This document shows, one piece after another, positions 54,560-64,000 of a stretch of DNA of 64,000 bases; position 1 is the first letter of the stretch, and each line of letters begins with the position of its first letter. Source of the DNA: Octopus vulgaris (lineage: Eukaryota); NCBI GenBank assembly GCA_951406725.2, contig OX597815.1:22382001-22446000 (forward strand), written 5' to 3'. The notes under the pieces are model-generated. The model was not told the origin of the DNA and did not search any database. It was given only the letters and a program-made list of their open reading frames with translations. A program made the translations under genes and the position numbers.

Positions 54560-55745
54560 TACTGCCCACCTTTGCAGCGCATGTCCTCATACTTACATTT
54601 GTCCTTCTGTACTGGTCACTACAAGAACTCAATGAGACATGTCCGAACTCGCAAGCTGCTCAATGTTGCAGAAAATTTCAACATCAATGGAGATGTAGAC
54701 AGGCAAGGATGGTGGTTGTGATCCTAACCTTATATTGATGTCATACGAAGCACATACTATGACACTACAACATCTGCAGCATAGGAATGAGACCAAAGAT
54801 TATTTCGCCCAAGTTCGTGACCGTGTGAAATCAACATCATAATTAGGATAGCTAATGAACTTGAGGAGAGGTATGAAATAAGAGCTAATACATTTCTCTC
54901 CCTAAGGAAAGAAATCAGGGGAACGAATTAAAAGAAGACGGGCTAGTTCACTGAGCAGAGAGTACATGGATCTTGGCACGAAAAACATAAACCGTAAAAG
55001 GGATTGATCATGTCAAAAGCTTATGACAACCCACTTCAAAGGCTACCTCCATGCAATTCAAGAACAAGAGATCCTCACCAAATACCTACAGCATAAAAGT
55101 CAGAAAACATTCACGGACAACAAATGTACGCTGTGCAAGACCAAGACTGAAAATATCAATCACATTATTATCAACTGCCGAAAAATGTCTTCCAGATATT
55201 ATCTTCCTATGAGGCATAATGTGGTGGCCAGAAAATCTGGAACAGGGTAACAAAAAAGAAAACACCTACAAACGAAGTTGACTATATAGAGACTGATGGG
55301 TCAAAAGAATATTGGTGGCGCCTAAAAATTAAAACAGATACCAAGTTAAAACATAGCCGGCCAGATATTGTTGTGAAGGACAACAGGAAGAGATATAATC
55401 CATTGTAGAAATCAGCTGCCCTCTGTACACAAATGGGGTCACAAATGGGGGAGGACACCAATGGGCCATTGATAAGGTGTTTGCAAATCCAGTATACTTT
55501 CAGCTACGTACATATTTTTAATTGTAGTAACAGGATACACACCAACCCGCCTGGAACAAAATATGGTTGAAACTGGTTTGTTAGGGAGAGGACACAAATC
55601 CTTAATTCGTACTCTACAAATGGTCACGATATCTGAAACTATAAAAGTTTGCAAGACCTAAGATTTAAAGGATGATGAATAAAATACGACGTTTTCCTTC
55701 AGAACCTTGCTCCTAAGCAGGTGCCCGGTTAAAATGTATTCTAAA
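54560..55745 (+). mobile_element. Second degenerate R4-like non-LTR retrotransposon fragment (CCHC knuckle and REL endonuclease)
   Basis: AIQEQEILTKYL, CTLCKTKTENINHIIINC, RHNVVA, HSRPDIVV.D, IVEISCP. Confidence 0.78.
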
Positions 55746-55960
55746 TTAAAAAGAGAAAGCGAACGTAGATGCATACACATATGCATATATACATACATAT
55801 CGTAAAATTAATTGATACGATATGCAGTTTATTATGTATTACACGTACATGATATATATACATATATAGGCAGACAAGTAGATGAAAGAAAAGATAGATA
55901 AAATTAGTACAATTAAATGAAGAATACCGATAAGAGTATTAAGTAAATTTTAAATTTTAC

Positions 55961-56041
55961 CTGAGCATACTTGGAGGCGTTTCTTGATATCGTCTTCTGA
56001 ATATTCAAGTCGTGTCCTTTCACGTGTAATGTGTAGATTGC
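55961..56041 (-). CDS. RET: RET-like RTK exon, CLD3/CLD4 boundary: AIYTLHVKGHDLNIQKTISRNASKYAQ
   Basis: Acceptor catttgcag|GCA, donor CAG|gtaaaa, 81 nt, phase 0-0. ISRNASKYAQI resembles human RET CLD4 VSRRARRFAQI (recalled). Confidence 0.85.
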
Positions 56042-57763
56042 CTGCAAATGTAATTTACATCCATTCTGTATATTCAAACTAAAATGATGATTTTTAGGAT
56101 AAGTGCTTAAGTAAAAAGAATACTTTTCATCAAGTTGTCAAAAGGCATTTGGAAGACCACCAAACATTTTTATATTCCAGAAGTTACTCGAATATATATA
56201 TATTAATAGTGGCTTTACAGCTGAATGTATCTTCGAACTATTGTGGAGACATAAGATTACGGCCAAATATGCAGGTACCTAAAAAATGCCTTAAATTATT
56301 TGCAACGTATTAGCTTGTCTCCCGGTATCGATTTAATAAACCCTCATATTCAACCCAAGAAATTCTGTCCCGTATTATTTTCCAGTTGGTTTGTTTCGGC
56401 GAGTTTCTTCTCTATTGTTAATTTTCTCGCCTACTTTGATGTTTGCGTTACATTCTTCCAATTCATATAATTTTATATACGCCATACTGTTACAATCAAC
56501 CCATTTCTTCTCCTTATTGGGTAACAAAGTATTAAAAAAAAACATCAAAACATACAAATGTTAAGCGTGGAGGATATATCTTGTAAATTATCATCGTTTT
56601 ATAATGAAGTATTTCTGAGCATAAAGGAAAATTACCACGTCGTGGCTTACAAGTGCAAATGCAATTGTAAATATTCTACGTTGTGGCTTACAAGTCCAAA
56701 TGCAGATGTAAATATTCGACATTACCGTCTTCCTGAAAATATCTTTCCTGAAATATTTCGCACATCGTTAATTTATTAAAACTGGAAAGATGCACTGAAA
56801 TGTATTGATCAGAACATTTTCATTTATTCAATACATTTCAAGAAGTATAGAAGAATTGATTCATCTCTTGAGAACTATTCTGTACTGTGCTGTCATACAA
56901 AGAACATATAATATTTCATTACATATTCCCCACGATGGCTCTGTCCACTTGCCAAAAATCTTACCGACAAAATGCATAAAATAGAAAAACACACTTAAAC
57001 ACAGAGGCATATGCAAACATATGCGAAAAAATAAATAGACCCAAAATCCTAGAAGCTAACAAACAGAAATAGAATAAGTAAATACGTATAAATAGAAAAT
57101 TTATTATTCAAGCAGAAGTACACGAGCACATGTCCATAAACACACACACTGACGCGGACTCACAAATAAGAATAAAAATAATAAAGAAAATGGAAAACGA
57201 AATAAAACAAAAGGAAACACATATACAAACATGCAAATTATCATTCACATTCATTGCAACAGTTACACGGATTAGCATGCTTGTACACATAGAGGCACAC
57301 AAGATATTTAAGAAAAGCATCATTCTGAGGGAAGAAGTAAAACTAAAAATACTTCAGCTGCTTGAACATAAAATAGTGTATTTGTTTGCTTTCTAAATGT
57401 TACTAAACACGATCGCGAAATGTCAGCCGAGCCAACATGCAATCTAATTATTTAATAAGGGGTCCAATGAATTCGCAACTCATATAGGTGTTAGATGGAT
57501 AAGCCCGATTGGAAATATTTTTTTTTAAATTCTACGTAAGGTATTATTTTGTGGCTACACAGCTACAGTATATAAAGATAGAGAGATAGGTATACATTCA
57601 TGCACACACACATATACGTACATACATGTGTGTGTGCGCATGTGTGTGTGTGTGCGTGAGCTTGTCTGTATGTATGTGGTGTTTAATGGCGACTTACTTT
57701 CACTATTCTTACACCAAACCAATCCTTCAAACATTGATTTTCAAGTATTCAGATTTATCAATT

Positions 57764-57858
57764 TTAGTTAGTTAGTTAGTTAATTTTTTTGGCTCAAACA
57801 GCAAAAAGCGAGGCCATGTAGGGGGACATGGAGTTATGTACAGGGTGGTGTTCATGTA
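57764..57858 (-). mobile_element. CR1-like LINE 3' UTR tail
   Basis: Reverse complement of about 29758-29850. Confidence 0.8.
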
Positions 57859-57958
57859 AGCCACGTCCGTCTTTTAAAGTCCAAAATGGCAATATTTATC
57901 ACGACCTTCCATGTTTGCATTTTATATTTTAAACATACTAATACGCATTCGCATACAT

Positions 57959-58041
<83 letters not shown>

Positions 58042-58060
58042 TAGATAGATATAGATAGAT

Positions 58061-58112
<52 letters not shown>

Positions 58113-58989
58113 TGACAGAGACAGAGGAAGAGAGACAGACAGACAGATGGAGACAATCGGGCTGACCGATAGACAGGTAGGTAGGTAGTTACGTAGGTAG
58201 GTAGGTAGGTAGGTTGGTAAGTAAGTAGGTAGGTAGGTAGGTAGGTAGGTAGGTAGGTAGGTGGGGTGGGTAGGTAGGTAGGTAGGGGTAGGTAGGTAGG
58301 TAGGTAGGTAGGTAGGTAAGTAGGTCGATAGTCAGGTAGGCAGGTAGTTAGATGCTGCGATTAACTCGTACGCAGGAACATGGTAAGTCCACAATTAATA
58401 AAGTACTCAAAGTATTAATTTTGAGTGTGAATGCGTGTTCTTAAAGCACTGAGTCCAGCAAAAGACGTTTTGTTTCCTCTGAGAATATATCAATATTGAT
58501 ACTCTTTACATAAAACATTTTTAACAATGTAAATTGAATTATTACTAATAATACATGCATACATATATACACATGAAAATATATGCATATATATACATAT
58601 ATATATATATATATACACGTATATACATATACAGACACACATATATGTATGTGTGTATGCATATATAGACATGCATATACACACATATAATTCATACATA
58701 CATACATACATACATACATACATACATACATACATACATACATACATCCGTGTGTATATGTGTATGTCGAAGCACGAGGCTTAGAAGTTAAGGTGTTGCA
58801 TTCATAATCGTAAGATAGTGGTTTCGATTCCTGGACCAGGCGATGAATTGTATTTTCGAGCAAAAACACCAATGCTTAATCCTCTGAAGATACCGGTCTC
58901 CTGTCTACGGAGGAATTTATATACCACAGAATTCGGACAACCGGCTTCCTGATCCTTTGATCCTTATATATATATATATATATTATTTT

Positions 58990-59311
58990 AGTCGAACAAA
59001 TTGACCCCAGGACTTATTTTTTTAAAGCTTAGTACTTATTATATCGTTCTACTTTACTGAACCGCTAAGTTACGAGGATGTAAACACACCACTACCGGTT
59101 GTCAAGTGGTGGTGGGGGACACAGAACATACACATATTAGATATACATATATATATATATTACGACGGGCTTCTTTCGGTTTCCGTCTACCAAATCCATT
59201 CACAAGGCTTTAGTCGGCTGGAGGCTATAGTATTATATTATACAGTAGGGCAAAACCCGGAACCGTGTGACTGAGAACTAAGCTTCAAACGACCACACAT
59301 CCACGCCAGCG

Positions 59312-59313
<2 letters not shown>
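58990..59313 (-). mobile_element. Diverged SINE family A
   Basis: Degenerate family A body. Confidence 0.7.
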
Positions 59314-59374
<61 letters not shown>

Positions 59375-59462
59375 AGGTCCCGGGTTGAGTCGGGGTTAAC
59401 CACAGTAAATAAGGTACTCAATACATAGCAGAGTCTGTTTCATTCAGATGAAATCTTCAGGA

Positions 59463-59513
59463 AGCTTCCTGAAGATTTCATCTGAATGAAACAGTTCTAG
59501 TCCTGTAGAAGCT
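59463..59513 (+). ncRNA. Type I hammerhead ribozyme motif, probably from a Penelope-like terminal repeat
   Basis: AGCUUC-CUGAAGA-UUUC[AUCU]GAAU-GAAA-CAG[UUCUAGUC]CUG-UA-GAAGCU: 6-bp stem I, 3-bp stem III, GUA triplet. Stem II opens with a U-U mismatch. Confidence 0.7.
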
Positions 59514-59528
59514 CCTTCTATAAAATAA

Positions 59529-59570
<42 letters not shown>

Positions 59571-61869
59571 GCATACATACATACATACATACATACATAC
59601 ATACATACATACATACATACATACATACATGCATGCATGCATACATACATACATACATACATACATACATACATACATACATACATACATGCATGCATAC
59701 ATACATACATACATACATACATACATACATACATACATACATACATACATACATACATACATACATACATACATACATAACAAATTCCAACTTGTTACTA
59801 GTTCAAATATGATTGAGGCATATTCGAACTCGTAAGAAAACCATTCACTAGTTTGTAAGTTTATATATTGGCATATATACAGTATATATGGCAAAATACA
59901 GTGAATGATCGTTTCTTGTTGATAGGTGATAGCCATCTTAATGCACATCGTAGTAATAATCTTCATTACGTTCGTATATTTTGAGATGACTCATAAGGCC
60001 AAAAGTTGACCTGCAGAGCTTGAAATATATGAAATAAGCATGAAACTTTCTGCAGGGTAATGTATAGCTTACTTATAATGTTATGCACACTCATGGACCT
60101 TTTCAAACCAGAGCACACTACACAGGTGTTATTAGCCTAAAAAGGGGAAGGTGGCAAATCATTGTCAGATGAATGTTGAGTTCTCAAATTTAATGAAAAG
60201 AAAATTAAGGTTTTATGCTACTAATTAATCTTTTATGTTGTTTAGTATACCTTTCTTTGTCCATACATACATACATACATACATACATACATACATACAT
60301 ACATACATACATACATACATACATACATACATACATACATACATACGTACGTACATAAAAACGTACATGCATGCATATATGAGACGGGCTTTGAAACAGT
60401 TTCTTCCTAGCGATTTCAAGCACAGGGCTTTGGTAGCCTCGTGCCTGTAGTAGATGATACTTAACCAAAGTATTTATTTTTAAATAAGGGGACAGACAAA
60501 CAGACATAGACTTACAAAAATGCATACACAAGTATTCACACATACACACACACACACACATATATGTGTGTGTGTATATATTGATCATTATAACTTGCTG
60601 TCACCATGAGAACTTGTTATAAAAACCTGTTGTGCAATGCTTAATCTTTCCTCAAGAGAAAACAAATTCACCTCTTTCCATCCAACGGATTCTTATCAAA
60701 TACATCAACCTGGTGTCATTAAACAGGAAATATTTTAGAGATACACCATGTTATTTCAGTCTTTGAAGTCAGTCCGACTTGACTATACGTTGTATTTCAT
60801 TTTATTATATGTGTGTATTACTGTTCTGTTTTACATTTGAGAAATATTTTTCTAAGACACGCACAATATGTATGTTTGTATGTGTGTGCATGTGTGTGCG
60901 TGTGTGTGTGTGTGTTATAAGCATACATGGTTTTTGTGTTTATATTTCTCTCTCTTTTATATATGTTTGTATTTAAATGAGTGTGTGTATGCGTGCGTAT
61001 GTGCGTTCTGGTTACATAATAAGAATGGAGTTTGAGTTTCTGGTAATTAGATATAAGCGGAAAATTGTGGGTGGTTTTGCAAGTTTCAGGTCAGAAGTAA
61101 TTAAAATTAGTTGGTTATAAGATGAAGTAACCTCAAAAAGATTTTGTGTGGTGGTTAGCAATTCGTTTTTGTGTGGTGGTTAGCAATTCGTTTTTGTGTG
61201 GTGGGTACAGTAGATTGGGACTATGGCCTGGACATACTGACTTAGTAGAATTAAGACGATTGATTTGAAATAGCATTGTAAGGAGCACTCGCATTATAGA
61301 GCTATATTTAATCTAGAGAAAGAACCAATGACCATGACCTTCGCAGATCTTACTTACTAAACTTACGAGACTGACGTAGCTGAAATGTGTAGGGTAATAT
61401 TTAATAAAATAAAGCTGTTGGACAGTTTGACAGTAGGGGTTGGGATACCATTCATTTAGGGACGAATTGAATTGCAGACTGACATGGAATATCGAGATGC
61501 AGTGTTATGGGTGAAGTGTAGGCATAAAACAGTGTGGTGTCTGTCACAGAATACAAAAACTTGTAGAAGGCGTAGGAGTCAGTAAATATGTGTGTCTAAC
61601 TGTGTGCGTGTGTGTGTGTTTGGGTGTGTGTGTGTGTGTGTGAGTGAGTGCGTATGTATACATAAAAGACATAATGATTACATCGAATAAAAAGTCCGAA
61701 TTGGATAATGTTCTTGTTTTCTAGCTGATAATGTTGTTAGTGATTTTTACTGTTGCTGTTATCATTTTCACTTAGTATGTTTTTAATGCGAGGGCGTTCT
61801 GTTATTGTTATCTGAGAGCACCTGCGGCTGTGAAAGTATTATTACTACTATCAGCAGCAGTTGCTACTA

Positions 61870-61936
<67 letters not shown>

Positions 61937-61982
61937 GGTGGTGGTGGTGGTAGTGGTGGTGGTCGTCGTCGTCGTCGTGGTT

Positions 61983-62031
<49 letters not shown>

Positions 62032-62077
62032 GGTGGTGGTAGTGGTGGTGGTCGTCCTGGTCGTCGTGGTGGTGGTG

Positions 62078-62133
<56 letters not shown>
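61870..62133. repeat. Compound (AGT/GGT/CGT)n microsatellite
   Basis: Directly visible. Confidence 0.95.
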
Positions 62134-62135
<2 letters not shown>

Positions 62136-63369
62136 CCGTTGTTGTTACAGTAGTGACAGCAGCGCAAGATGCAGTTTATAAAGCATGCTGGATTTAATGT
62201 CTCGTATAAAAACATCTGAATTTAAAACCTGACATCGTATCATTCTCACACTGTCTTTCAGTCAAAGCACACACAATGTCTTTGCATCATTAGCTTGTAG
62301 TATAATTGCTTCAGATCCAGATCGTTTGTTTTCAATCGGTTAAACTTCACGAAAAGACAAACACTGATACTAGCTAGACCCACAGGAAATTTTGAAATGT
62401 ACCTTCTGTTCTTACTTAATATTTCATAGAAAGGAGTACAGGGAGCCGAGGTCTATTGAACTAGTTCATATAGTTCAGATTATACAATACTGGATATAGG
62501 TCAGTAATGATAACTTAGCTCGCAAAGTACTAGACTGGACGCGGTACTATTTATACGTTCAGCAAAGTTACATAGTATTAGATCGAGTCAATATTTCATT
62601 GAGTTAGATAAACTGTACTATTATCGTATTTAGTATTTCGCTGCCAGGGTTGCAGTAGTTTGATGTCATTACCATATCATACCGATACCATAACCACTAA
62701 GTTATTTCACCACACTTAAAGAAGAAAAACCGATGGGAATTCAGTCGAGATTAGGTTGAATTACCCCAAAACCAGATAAGAGTTTGTGATATTACGTTAG
62801 TGCAAATACTCCCGTATCCTAAAGAACACAAACTATTTTTCCATTCACTTTTTGTTTTTTTCCTTATTTAGCCTTATCTCTTTCAAATTTAATTCAAGCA
62901 CACAATATGTGGCTAATTTGTAATACGGGAAATAATAGATTATTTGCATATAATAATAAAAATATAACGCCCAGCATTGCAAGTACGATGCAGAAGTAAA
63001 CAACACCAGTATAAGTACTAAATATTGTAGATTTCAGTGTCTTTCGAAGATACGACTAAGCACATAACCGAATGACTTTTTTTCTTTTCTTTTTATTAAA
63101 CACTTTTCGTTAGAAATAAATCTATGCTAATGTGTAATATGTTTCTTTAATATGTATTTTTCTCTAGGTATAATAACGAACATTTCATGCAAATTAACAA
63201 GTGTTGTTGTTGTTGTTTATGCCTAAAGTCACTTCTGATCGAGCAGAGCTACAGCCTCCAAGTTGTATTAAACACACATCAATTATTATAGATATTCATG
63301 TTACCTTTTAGTCGAGGACCATAGCGCACAATCCGAAATACAATGGATATTTGCATTGGATTTCAGATA

Positions 63370-63757
63370 TGGCTGTGTGGTTAACAAACTTGCTTTGCAG
63401 CCACGTAGTTCGGGTTCAGTCCCACCGCGATGGTCCCGTGGGCGTCTTCTATTATAACACTAGGACGTCCAATGCCTTGTGAGTCAATTTCTTAGATGGA
63501 AACTGTATAAAAAACCGTCGTATATGTATATGCTTGGGTCTTTATGTCATTGTTTTTACCCACACCACTGCAACACACACAGCTTGACAACCGGTGTTGG
63601 TTTGCTTACGTCCCCCAGACTTAACAGTTAAAGAAAATGATAGAATAAGTACCCAACTTTAAAGAAATTAGAGCTGGATCGATTTGCTCGACTAAAATAT
63701 CTTCCAGGCGGTGTCCCAACATAGCCGCAGCCCAATGACTGAAACATGTAAAAGATA
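63370..63757 (+). mobile_element. Diverged SINE family A
   Basis: Degenerate head to tail copy. Confidence 0.7.
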
Positions 63758-64000
63758 AATCTGTACTCTACAATACCCACTTTATTTCTGAACGCCTACA
63801 TTCATAGTTTTCTAGGTTGGGACCACTTTGTTCTTTTAGATAATTCATCCACAACATTATCCAATGGTCTACTCTTGTTCTTTTAACAGAGTGTGATTTG
63901 AAGATGATCTGGCAGTTATTTCTGGCAACTTGAGTGACTACATAGAGGTTGCACCGTTTAGCTCGACTGAACAGTGGCCACAACAGAACAAAATGATCTC

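Noticed and set aside
56635-56718. 41-bp tandem duplication (and a 26-bp one at about 61143-61203) as a possible CRISPR-like array
   Set aside because: Only two adjacent units, no spacers, eukaryotic context.
60072-60135. Candidate upstream RET exon (ANNTCVVCSGL...)
   Set aside because: Ends in phase 1, incompatible with the phase 0 exon at 56041; no cadherin motif.

Overview
AT-rich, microsatellite- and SINE-dense eukaryotic DNA. The repeat families look like octopus (coleoid cephalopod), which is an inference from recall, not a search. Almost every ORF in the supplied track is a microsatellite or repeat artefact. Reading the minus strand by hand gives six GT-AG, phase-compatible exons (56041-55961, 51741-51501, 47287-47075, 42618-42451, 38776-38675, 2329-2031; 1104 nt, 368 codons). 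They encode the cadherin-like domain 4, cysteine-rich domain, transmembrane helix and juxtamembrane region of a RET-family receptor tyrosine kinase. The upstream cadherin exons and the kinase exons were not found and presumably lie outside the window. All 16 canonical RET CRD cysteines are present, plus a proline-rich stalk and an extra symmetric exon carrying a CxC pair. The introns (one about 36 kb) hold mariner, Tc1, MITE, Helitron, Penelope, R4-like, Tx1-like and CR1-like fragments and several tRNA-derived SINE families. They also contain hammerhead-ribozyme motifs (one inside a TSD-flanked tRNA-headed SINE, one preceded by its own 30-nt antisense copy) and several long inverted repeats.
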